32,073 nucleotides of DNA from Deltaproteobacteria bacterium (GTDB taxonomy: Bacteria > Myxococcota > Kuafuiibacteriia > Kuafuiibacteriales > Kuafuiibacteriaceae): positions 1 to 32,073 of the forward strand of contig JAVJQW010000032.1 of assembly GCA_040218735.1 (NCBI GenBank), in the 5' to 3' direction. Position 1 is the stretch's first letter. Every line of letters begins with the position of its first letter. Below, piece after piece: positions 7,517 to 15,775 of this stretch. Under the pieces are notes generated by a model. That model was given only the letters and a program-made list of their open reading frames with translations, made no database searches and was not told the DNA's origin. The position numbers and the translations under genes are program-made.

Positions 7517-8911
7517 TCATTCGAAGTCGTCCGGTTCGGGGATCTCCGGGGTCTCGGGCTCGTCCTTCTTCTTCGGACGCGACCGACGCCGCGTCTTCTT
7601 CGGCTTGTCCGCCTCCGGCTCGGGCTCGTCCTTCGGCTCCGAAGCGCTCGGATCCGGCGGTTCCTCGGCGGCGCGCTTCGCCTCCTCGGCCGCGAGGCGA
7701 TCCGCCTCCGCCTGCTTCTTGGCCTCTTCCTCGGCGATCTTCGCGTCGATCTCCGCCTGGCGCTCGGCCTCTTCGAGCATACGCTTTTCTTCGATCGCCA
7801 ACGCCTCGAGCTTCTCGATCTCCTCGAGCATCCCAAACACCTTGTCGTTGTTGCCGTCCGACAGCTGCAGGTAGCGCTTTAGCTCCTCCTTCGCCTCCGG
7901 GAGCTTGTTCATGTTCCGCAGGTACAGGACGCCGAGGTTGTAGTGCGCCGCCGGCGCGCCGTCCGCGCCCGCCGCGTCGATCGCCTGCTTGTACGCCGCC
8001 TCCGCCGCGTCGAACTGCCCGCTCCCCTTGTGCGCCACGCCGAGGTTCACGAACGCCGCGACCGCCTTCGGGTTCTGCTGCGTGACCGCCGCGTAGTTGT
8101 CGATGGCCTTCTTGAAGTCCTTGTAGCCCATCGAGATCTGCGCCACGTGGAAGCGCGCTTCGAGCAGCGAGCTGTCCTTCGCAATCGCGCGCTCGAACGA
8201 AGCGATCGCCGTCGCCAGCTCCTTCTCGCGCAACGCGACCAACCCCAGCACGTAGTGCAGGCACGACGCCTCCGGATCGATCTTCAGCCCCTGCGCCGCC
8301 ACGAGCCGCGCCCGCAGGTGGTCCTTCGACTTCACCGACGCCTCCGCCAACACGCAGTACGCGCCGATGTGTTTCGGCTGGTACCCGAGCGCGTCCCGCG
8401 CGAGCGCCGTCGCCTCCTGCACCTCGTCCCGCTGGAGGTGATGCGTCGCCAACGCGACGCGCGCGTCGGCCGCCCCCGGATCGCGATCCACCAGCTCCTG
8501 CAGCAGCCCGACCGCCTCGTTCGACTCCCCACGCTTCGCCGCGAGCGCGGCCAGGTTCTCCTGCGCCTCGCGGAGCTTGTTGTTCGTCGACAACGCCTTG
8601 CGATACGCGTCTGCCGCCTGGTCGTCGCGCCCGAGGTTTTCGTACGCGACGCCGAGGTTGTACCAAGCGAGCCCGTACCCCGGGTGCTTCGTCGTCACGC
8701 CCTCCATGCGGCTCGCGACCTCACCCCAGTCCGGGTTGTCGCCATTCTGTTTGATCGCGTCCGCCTCGGCCTGGAAGTCCTTCGCCGCTTCGTTGGCCTT
8801 CACGACCTGCACCGACTTCTTGCCGGGCGGCGCGGGGTCGAGCTTGGTCGCGGTCTTCTTCGCGCACGCGAGCGCGGCGAAGCACAGCGCACCGATCATC
8901 AAGCGCTTCAC
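7517..8911 (-). CDS. gltE: TPR lipoprotein GltE/AglT
   Basis: GTG start overlaps the gltD stop (GTGA) with GGAGG RBS. Lipobox-like ALAC, many TPRs (AWYNLG, AFVNLG, AHYNLG), charged C-terminal tail. Confidence 0.85.
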   Translation of the reverse strand: MKRLMIGALCFAALACAKKTATKLDPAPPGKKSVQVVKANEAAKDFQAEADAIKQNGDNPDWGEVASRMEGVTTKHPGYGLAWYNLGVAYENLGRDDQAADAYRKALSTNNKLREAQENLAALAAKRGESNEAVGLLQELVDRDPGAADARVALATHHLQRDEVQEATALARDALGYQPKHIGAYCVLAEASVKSKDHLRARLVAAQGLKIDPEASCLHYVLGLVALREKELATAIASFERAIAKDSSLLEARFHVAQISMGYKDFKKAIDNYAAVTQQNPKAVAAFVNLGVAHKGSGQFDAAEAAYKQAIDAAGADGAPAAHYNLGVLYLRNMNKLPEAKEELKRYLQLSDGNNDKVFGMLEEIEKLEALAIEEKRMLEEAERQAEIDAKIAEEEAKKQAEADRLAAEEAKRAAEEPPDPSASEPKDEPEPEADKPKKTRRRSRPKKKDEPETPEIPEPDDFE

Positions 8912-11900
8912 TTCGCACCTCCCGCGTTGGCCTGCGCCTGTCGCGCGACGGAGTAACCGTCGTACTCGAGGATCAGGTTGTTCGACTCGAGCGAGCGCAG
9001 CTTCGTCGGCTCGCTGTAGCTCATCGAACGCTCCACGATCTGCGGGTACGCGTCGGGCGCGAGCTTCTCGAGCGCCTTCACACACCGCGTGCTGTACGGC
9101 GTGAACGTGTTGAGCTCGTTCGATTTCTGCACGCACGTCTTGTACGCCTGGTACGCGGCGTCACGCGCCGGGCCCGCCTTCGTCTCGATCTCGCCCTTCA
9201 CGATCAGGCACTGGTCCTCGGTCAGCCCGCGCGGGCACGGCACCGCAGTGAGCGTCTCGACGAACTCGTCCCAGGCCTCCGCGATCCGGAACAACGACGC
9301 GATCGAAGACTCCGCCTGCTGATACTCCGTCACGATCTTCGTGTACGACTTTACGAGTCGCTCGCGCGCCTGCGCCTTGTCCTGCAGCGACCGCTGGAAC
9401 GGCTTCGCGTTCCTGAGGCTCGGCGTCTTGATCCGCAGCCGGTCGTACTTGCTGAACTCGTCGTCGACGATCTCGAACGCTACCTGCGACGCGTAACGCT
9501 TCGCCGCCGGCGGTACGCGTTTGCCGCGCCGACGGTGCGCCTTGTACGTCCCGAGGATGTCGCGCTTGATCTTCTCCGCGCGGCTGCGCTGACGGAGGTG
9601 GTCGTTGCGGATCTCGGCTTCACGCCACAGCGCATCCCAGAAACGCTCCGTGCGCCCGAACTCCTTCGCGTAGTCGCGGTACCGATCCGCCGCCTGGCGA
9701 TGGCGACCGGCGCGGTCGAGGTCCTGGGCGATCGACCAGTAGATCTCCGCCGCCTCCTTTTCGCCGTCCTTCGCGCGCCCGTACTTCTTGAGGTACTCCT
9801 CGCGCAGCTTCGTCGCCGTACGCACCTCACCGACGCCCGCGTAGAACACCGCCGCGTTGAACAGCGCATCGCGCGCCCGCGCGTCGTCCTCGTGGCTGCG
9901 CGCGAACGACAGGAACGCCTTTGCCGCGCTCGCGAACTCCGTGCGCTCCTCGTGTGTCTTCGCCACGTAGAACGCGACGTCCGCGCCGAGCGGCGACTTC
10001 GGGAACTCGTCGAGCAGCGTCTTGCGCAGCGCGTCCGCCTTCTCCTTCTCGCCGGTCTTGTCGTAGGCGACCGACGCGTTGAACAACGCCTTGTCCGCGT
10101 TCTCGCTCTTCGGGAACTCGCGGTAGAAGTCCTCGTACGCCGCCGCGACGAGCCGCAGATCACCGCGCTCCTTCTTCACGCGCTCCTCGAGGATCTGCAC
10201 GAGCTTGAACTTCGCGTACTCCGAGAACCGCGACAGGTCGTCGCGGAGCTTGTCGCGCCCGTCGATCAGATCCGCGATCCCCAAGTACGCAGCCGACGCC
10301 TTGTACAGCTCCTCCCAGTTCTCTTCGAGGTTGTGGATGTCGACGACGAGGTTCGCCGCGTACTCCGCCTGCTCCGACTTCGGGTGCGCGCGCACGAGCT
10401 CGTCGAAGCGCTTCAGCGCCTCCACGTTGTGCGCGTAGTCGTAGTAGATCTTCGCGACCTTGAACCGCACCGCGACGAGTTTGTCCGCCTTGTCCGCCGG
10501 CACGTACTGCGCGTAGCGCTCACACGCTTCGATCAACCGCATCTTCTGCGGGTGGATGTCGACCTTCTTGTCCGTCGACTTCGGCTTGCGCACGCCGAGA
10601 TCCTTCAGGTGCTCCTCGACCGCGAGGATATTGTCGTTCGCGGCTTCGATCAGGTACTTGCCGTCCTTCGGCTTCGCGAGGACCGTCTCCTTGTACGCCT
10701 TCGCCGCGTCGTCGAACTTCTCGAGCTTGTAGTAGAGGTCCGCGAGCTGGAACCGCATCTCGTAGGCGTAGTTCGTCTTCGGGAAGAGGCCGAGGTAGTC
10801 CTCGTACATCGTCTTCGCGAACTCGTACGTCTTGTTCGTTCGCGTCTTCTTCGCCTCGCGGTTCCACAGCTGCGCGAGCTTGCGGATCGTGTTCTCCGCG
10901 AGCTGCGCCGCCTCCTTCACGTCGTCCCGCGCCTGCTCGTCCGCCTGGCTCGTCCCCGTCCGCTGCGCAACGCTCGCCTTGACCGTCTCGTAGACCTTCA
11001 CGAGCTCACGCGTCTCGCGGATGACCTTCTTCTTGTTCCCGCCACGCGCGACGAGGTCGACGATGCGCCCCTGGAAGAACGGGTTGCGCGTGTTGTTGGG
11101 GTCGAGCTGCATCAGCTGCTTGTAGATGATCGCCGCCTCCGCGAAGTAACCCTCGTCGTGCCACAGCCCGGCGAGCTGCTCGAGCAGCTTCCAACAGCTA
11201 CGGTCGGTGCAGTCCTTCACGCCGAGCAGATCCGCCAGCTCGAACTTCGCGCGCTTCGGATCGCCGACGTGGGAGTACGCCCGCACCCAATCCTTCTGCG
11301 CCTCGCGCCCGAGCGCGATCTTGTTCTCACCGCTCAGCTGGTCCGCGAGCTGCGAGTACAGCACCGTCGCGCGGAACTTCTTCAGCGCGGCGCGCCAGTC
11401 CGCGAGGTTGTAGTAACACCACGCCTGCTTGTAGAGCGCGAAGCCGTACACCCGCGAGCGCTTGTCCTTCGCCGCCTTCTCGTAGCTCTTCAGCGCGCGA
11501 TTGACGTCGCCCTCGTTGAAGTAGAACTCGCCGAACGCGATCCACGCTTCCGCGACCAACGGGCTGTCCGCGAAGTTCACGATCAGATCGCGGTACATCG
11601 CGATCGAGTCCTCGTAGCGCCCCTCGCTCCAGTAGCTCTGCCCGAGCGCGAAGAGCACCTCGGGCGTGCGCTCGTACTTCGGGTACTTGTCGCGAATCTC
11701 CCGGTACACGTCGAGCGCGTTGTTCAGCCACACCTTCGACTCGGCGAGGTTGCGCTTCTTCTCGGACATCGCGTCCGCCTTTTCGCCCTCGTTGTTCGAG
11801 CGCAGCGCGCGGTCCTCGGCCTCCTGTCCGCGGAAGAAGTAGAAACGCGACTTCTCGTAGTAGAGCTCGGCGAGCCGGAACTTGAGGTCCGGCGTGTCGC

Positions 11901-12162
11901 GCTCCTCGGTCGTCATCTCGAGCAGCCGCTTGATCCCGGTGATCTGCTCTTCGCGCTTCTCCGCGACCTTGATCTCGATCTTCTTACGGAACTGCTCGTA
12001 CTTCAGCGTCGGGCCGCCGGCGGTCATCTTCGTGACCTTGGCCTTCTTGCCGCGACGGCGTTTCTTCTTGGCTTCTACGTCGACGGAGACGGACGCCACC
12101 AACCCCACCACGACCATTACGCCCAGCGCCCGGCCCATTCTCTTCTTCGTCTCGGGTCTCAA
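8908..12162 (-). CDS. gltD: Large periplasmic TPR protein GltD/AgmU
   Basis: TTG start with GGAGG RBS, signal peptide, 1084 aa of TPRs (FRLAELYYE, FALYKQAWCYYN), C-terminal paired cysteines. Position upstream of gltE-F-G. Confidence 0.88.
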   Translation of the reverse strand: MRPETKKRMGRALGVMVVVGLVASVSVDVEAKKKRRRGKKAKVTKMTAGGPTLKYEQFRKKIEIKVAEKREEQITGIKRLLEMTTEERDTPDLKFRLAELYYEKSRFYFFRGQEAEDRALRSNNEGEKADAMSEKKRNLAESKVWLNNALDVYREIRDKYPKYERTPEVLFALGQSYWSEGRYEDSIAMYRDLIVNFADSPLVAEAWIAFGEFYFNEGDVNRALKSYEKAAKDKRSRVYGFALYKQAWCYYNLADWRAALKKFRATVLYSQLADQLSGENKIALGREAQKDWVRAYSHVGDPKRAKFELADLLGVKDCTDRSCWKLLEQLAGLWHDEGYFAEAAIIYKQLMQLDPNNTRNPFFQGRIVDLVARGGNKKKVIRETRELVKVYETVKASVAQRTGTSQADEQARDDVKEAAQLAENTIRKLAQLWNREAKKTRTNKTYEFAKTMYEDYLGLFPKTNYAYEMRFQLADLYYKLEKFDDAAKAYKETVLAKPKDGKYLIEAANDNILAVEEHLKDLGVRKPKSTDKKVDIHPQKMRLIEACERYAQYVPADKADKLVAVRFKVAKIYYDYAHNVEALKRFDELVRAHPKSEQAEYAANLVVDIHNLEENWEELYKASAAYLGIADLIDGRDKLRDDLSRFSEYAKFKLVQILEERVKKERGDLRLVAAAYEDFYREFPKSENADKALFNASVAYDKTGEKEKADALRKTLLDEFPKSPLGADVAFYVAKTHEERTEFASAAKAFLSFARSHEDDARARDALFNAAVFYAGVGEVRTATKLREEYLKKYGRAKDGEKEAAEIYWSIAQDLDRAGRHRQAADRYRDYAKEFGRTERFWDALWREAEIRNDHLRQRSRAEKIKRDILGTYKAHRRRGKRVPPAAKRYASQVAFEIVDDEFSKYDRLRIKTPSLRNAKPFQRSLQDKAQARERLVKSYTKIVTEYQQAESSIASLFRIAEAWDEFVETLTAVPCPRGLTEDQCLIVKGEIETKAGPARDAAYQAYKTCVQKSNELNTFTPYSTRCVKALEKLAPDAYPQIVERSMSYSEPTKLRSLESNNLILEYDGYSVARQAQANAGGAK

Positions 12163-12175
12163 GAGAACCTCCGAT

Positions 12176-14038
12176 TCAGCGGCACGAGTGGGCCAGGGTC
12201 AGCTCGTACGTCCCCAGCTCGTCCCGCCAATACTCACCGTCGAACGGCCACACGAGCTTCTCGTCGTCCGTCCACTCGATGAATTCCTTTTCGATGTCCT
12301 TCGGTCGCGACTGCACGTCTCTCAGCTGCGACTCGATCCGCTCCTGCTCGGAGCGCGACGTCTCGATGTCGATGCGGATCGCCTGTTGGATCAGCGTCTT
12401 CACGTGGTCGCGCTCGCGCTCGAGCTGGTTGCGCACCGCGCGCCCCGCTTCGCGCGCCAGCTGCTGCTTCGCGTCGGTCAGCACCTCGCGCAGTCGCTCC
12501 GCGATCGCGGCGCTGCCGAAGCCACCGCCGTAGGACGCGAGCGACGCCTCCTCCTCGCTGACCTCCTTGTACGCCTCGTCGAGCCGCTGAAGCTCCGGAT
12601 CCGCGAGCGCGATGCCGAGCACCTGTCCGAGGATCTCGGCCTTCTCGGTGTTCGTCTCCGCGAGGTCGCGACCGCGCAGGTTCTCGAGCGCCTCGTAGTA
12701 CTTGTCGGACGTCTGCTCGCGCGCCGTCATCGCTTCGAGCTCTTCGAGGACCGGCTCGTAGCGGCGGAGGAACCGCGTGAGGATGTTCTTCGCCTCCGGG
12801 TAGCGGCAGTTCTCGTAGTAGATCACGGCCTTCAGGATGTGGCTCTCCGGGAAGTACTCGTCCTTGAAGAACGGCGAGTGCAGCGTCAGCAGGTTGCCGA
12901 GCGCCTTCTCGTAGACGCCGAGCCGGAACTCCGCCCAGCTCGCCTCGTAGAGCGCATCGAGCCACGCGTACGAATCGCGGTCGACCTTGTCGTAGTAGAA
13001 GATCGAGAACGACGGCTGCTGCGCGCCGAAGTGCGTACGCGCGAGCTGGAAGAACGCCGCCTCGCGCAGCGTCTCGTTCGGGTGCTCGGCGTCCGGGTGG
13101 GTCAGCCGCACCACGGTCTTGAACGCGTCGAGCGCCTCGTTCTCCTTCTCGTTCTTGAAGAGCACGAGGCCCTCCAGGAACTTCGCGCGCGCGCCGAACT
13201 TCGACGTCTCGTTCACGCGCAGGACGTAGCGCTCGGAGGCCTCGGTGTGCTCCTTCGCGGTGAGCTCGACGTCGCCCGTCGCCTTCTTCTTCTTGCGCGA
13301 CTTCTTCCGCTTCTTCTTCTTGGGCTTCGGCTTCTCGACGGGGTCGCCGAAGAGGTCCTCGTCGATCGTGAAGCCGCCGCCTTCCTTCTTCTTGATGTCG
13401 GGATCGTCGGCGGGCGGCGGGGGCGCTTCGAACGGGTCCTCGCCGAACAGGTCGCCCTTGAGCGACTTGCCGCCGGTCACCGTGTCCTCGACGCGCGTCT
13501 CGCCGAGGCGCCCGACGGCGGCGCCGCGCTCGATCGCGAGCGCCTGGACGTAGTGGTAGCGCGCGAGGCGGAAGAAGAACTCGTCGCGGTACCCGTCCGG
13601 GAACTCACCGGCCGCGTACTTCGCGACGACGTCGTTCACGCGACGATCGTCCTCGAGGTTGCGGCTGATGAAGAGGCACCACTCGAGCGAGCTCTTGTAG
13701 TAGCGGCTCTTCGGCCCGGCCTGCAGGAGCGTGGAGAAGAAGTGCAGCGAGGAGTGATACGCGCCGAGGCGGTACAGCGCCTTGCCGAGGTAGTACGTGG
13801 CCTCCTCGGTGTTCTTCTTCTCGTCCTGCACGTAGTCGAACAGCGCGACCGCGGCGGCGTCGAACGCGCCGCTCTCGAGCTGACGTTTCGCGGCGTCGAG
13901 GCGTTCGCGCACCGGATCCTTCTGCGCTTCGGCGACCTGTCCGAGCGAGAGGCCCTTCTTGTCCTGCGCGATCGCGGGAGCGGAGAGCACCAAGGCTTGG
14001 ACGCTCACCGATGCGATCAGTATGGCGTACGTTCGCAC
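12176..14038 (-). CDS. gltC: Periplasmic TPR protein GltC
   Basis: GTG start with GGAGG RBS and signal peptide. KALGNLLTLHSPFF..YFPES.ILKAVIYYENCRY and C-terminal WPFDGEYWRDELGTY, as in GltC/NfsC-like proteins. Confidence 0.9.
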   Translation of the reverse strand: MRTYAILIASVSVQALVLSAPAIAQDKKGLSLGQVAEAQKDPVRERLDAAKRQLESGAFDAAAVALFDYVQDEKKNTEEATYYLGKALYRLGAYHSSLHFFSTLLQAGPKSRYYKSSLEWCLFISRNLEDDRRVNDVVAKYAAGEFPDGYRDEFFFRLARYHYVQALAIERGAAVGRLGETRVEDTVTGGKSLKGDLFGEDPFEAPPPPADDPDIKKKEGGGFTIDEDLFGDPVEKPKPKKKKRKKSRKKKKATGDVELTAKEHTEASERYVLRVNETSKFGARAKFLEGLVLFKNEKENEALDAFKTVVRLTHPDAEHPNETLREAAFFQLARTHFGAQQPSFSIFYYDKVDRDSYAWLDALYEASWAEFRLGVYEKALGNLLTLHSPFFKDEYFPESHILKAVIYYENCRYPEAKNILTRFLRRYEPVLEELEAMTAREQTSDKYYEALENLRGRDLAETNTEKAEILGQVLGIALADPELQRLDEAYKEVSEEEASLASYGGGFGSAAIAERLREVLTDAKQQLAREAGRAVRNQLERERDHVKTLIQQAIRIDIETSRSEQERIESQLRDVQSRPKDIEKEFIEWTDDEKLVWPFDGEYWRDELGTYELTLAHSCR

Positions 14039-14046
14039 GGCGCCTC

Positions 14047-14805
14047 CTACTGGAACTCGTATTCGAACGACATCGGGAAGAAGCCGCTGACCGAGAACCC
14101 GAGCACGAGGAGGTTCTGCAGGTCGGCTTCGTTGCCGCGGTTGTCCATGAAGATGTAGTCGCGGATCTCGACGCGGGCGGTGAGCCAGTCGTTGATGAAG
14201 TAGCGCTGACCGATGCCGAAGTTGAGCGACGGGTTGAGGCCGGCGTCCGTCCCGAACGCGCCACCGCCAGCGGTGACGTACGTGTCGAAGTGCAGGATGC
14301 CTTCGCCGAACAGGGAGATCTTTCCGTAGAACGGAGCCCAGAGGGCGTCGATGTCCGCGTGGTACTTGAACTCCGGCGGGTCCTCGATCAGCGACTCCGT
14401 CTCGATACGCACGAAGCGAATCGCGGACTGCTCGATCGAGGCGACCACGAAGCCACCGCGCAGCTCGACGGCGAACGAATCCGCCACGTGGTACGAGCCT
14501 GCGACGCCGACGATCAGGTGCTGGAAGAACGGGTCGTTCAGATCGAGCGCGAACTGCGGGAAGATCTCGATGCGCTCCTTCTTGATGAAGTCCTTCCGCT
14601 GGACCGACTTGATGCGGTCGGACAGCTTCTGTTTGCCGTCCTCACGCTCTTCGACGGCCTTGTCCGTCTCCTCCGCCTCGGCGGAGGTCTCGGTGTCGAC
14701 CGGGGGAGTTTCGTCACCCTCTTGCGCGAAAACGACGCTCGAGGACGAGGCCCCGAGCGCGAACGCCAGGGCGAGTGGGACGCAGATGGGTTTGAATCCG
14801 GTCAT
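14047..14805 (-). CDS. Outer-membrane beta-barrel protein, GltA/GltB (NfsA/B)-like
   Basis: Signal peptide, DRIKSVQRK..K..R.E..P....LNDPF, WAPFYGK, HFDTYV.AGGG, G.GQRYF, C-terminal SGFFP. I cannot distinguish GltA from GltB by eye. Confidence 0.85.
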   Translation of the reverse strand: MTGFKPICVPLALAFALGASSSSVVFAQEGDETPPVDTETSAEAEETDKAVEEREDGKQKLSDRIKSVQRKDFIKKERIEIFPQFALDLNDPFFQHLIVGVAGSYHVADSFAVELRGGFVVASIEQSAIRFVRIETESLIEDPPEFKYHADIDALWAPFYGKISLFGEGILHFDTYVTAGGGAFGTDAGLNPSLNFGIGQRYFINDWLTARVEIRDYIFMDNRGNEADLQNLLVLGFSVSGFFPMSFEYEFQ

Positions 14806-14835
14806 TTCCTATCGATTCCGCAGTGATAGGGGCGG

Positions 14836-14865
14836 ATGTTAGGATCATGTCGTGATCCGGCGCAA
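14836..14865 (-). promoter_or_regulatory. Candidate sigma70-type promoter of the glt operon with a palindromic operator in the spacer
   Basis: Minus strand TTGCGC-N18-TAACAT. The spacer contains GGATCA-N5-TGATCC (14842-14858). Confidence 0.45.
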
Positions 14866-14923
14866 ACGGCTGTCAGGGCGCTTTCGAATGCCAGCAGAGC
14901 GTGTTAATCACCCGGACGGCTCG

Positions 14924-15304
14924 ATGGCACGCCCCTCCTACCGACTCCTGGGTATGTTTTGCGGTCTGATGCTCGCCGTAGGGGCGTGTACGGAAGACGA
15001 CGCTGGGGTGTGCTGCAAGGTGATTCCGGGGGGCGACGAGACGCTCATCCCGGAGCCGGAGCAGAACGACCAGGGTGACTTCCGCGACGTCGTGGCCCAG
15101 CACCCGGCCTTCGACTGCTCCGGTCTGGTGTGTGTCTCGACGCAGGGTTCCCCGGCCTATTGCACGCACCCGTGCCGCGACGCTGGGGATTGCCCCGAGG
15201 GCTTCGCGTGCGAGCCGATCCTGCAGTCCGAGCCGCCGCCCGGCAGCCAGCTCACGCCCGACGACAAGTTCTGCGTCCGAGCCCTCGACACCTGCCGCGA
15301 GTGA
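14924..15304 (+). CDS. cglC: Cys-rich gliding lipoprotein CglC/GltK-like
   Basis: Lipobox VGAC, then D.G..C, DCSGLVCV, YCTHPC....DCP.GF.C, KFCV. Divergent from and adjacent to the beta-barrel/gltC genes. Alternative ATG at 14888. Confidence 0.7.
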   Translation: MARPSYRLLGMFCGLMLAVGACTEDDAGVCCKVIPGGDETLIPEPEQNDQGDFRDVVAQHPAFDCSGLVCVSTQGSPAYCTHPCRDAGDCPEGFACEPILQSEPPPGSQLTPDDKFCVRALDTCRE

Positions 15305-15306
15305 CC

Positions 15307-15599
15307 GGTCCTACGCCGTTATCGGCCGGCAAGCCGGCCTGCGGCGTCTTCGCTCGCCTTCGGCTCGCTGCGCGCTCCGCCCTTCGGGCTCCGCTTGCCG
15401 GGTCCTACGCCGTTATCGGCCGGCAAGCCGGCGCGGCGTCTTCGCTCGCCTTCGGCTCGCTGCGCGCTCCGCCCTTCGGGCTCCGCTTGCCGGGTCCTAC
15501 GCCGTTATCGGCCGGCAAGCCGGCCTGCGGCGTCTTCGCTCGCCTTCGGCTCGCTGCGCGCTCCGCCCTTCGGGCTCCGCTTGCCGGGTCCTACGCCGT
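15307..15599. repeat. Tandem array of REP-like palindromic units (94, 92, 94 bp plus a partial 4th)
   Basis: Units start at 15307, 15401, 15493 and 15587 (ggtcctacgccgt...). They are identical except for a 2-nt deletion in unit 2. GTAG tag on the minus strand; several internal hairpins. Confidence 0.95.
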
Positions 15600-15775
15600 C
15601 CTCGCTGCGCCCAACCCCGGAACTCCTCCGCTCTGCGGAATGTCCAGAGGGACTGGGGCCGTTGGCCCTTCTATCGGGGGATCGGGTACGATGAAATTTC
15701 GCCGACCGATCAAAATCAACGACCGATCGCTGCCCGAAGATCCTTTTCGACTGGTCGTCCGTTGGGAGTAGCACG

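Noticed and set aside
5084-14158. Long plus-strand ORFs (727, 915, 758 aa) antisense to glt genes
   Set aside because: Typical shadow ORFs of high-GC coding strands, with no motifs; the real genes are on the minus strand.
15307-15599. CRISPR array
   Set aside because: Units are contiguous and identical with no unique spacers; no cas genes in the window.
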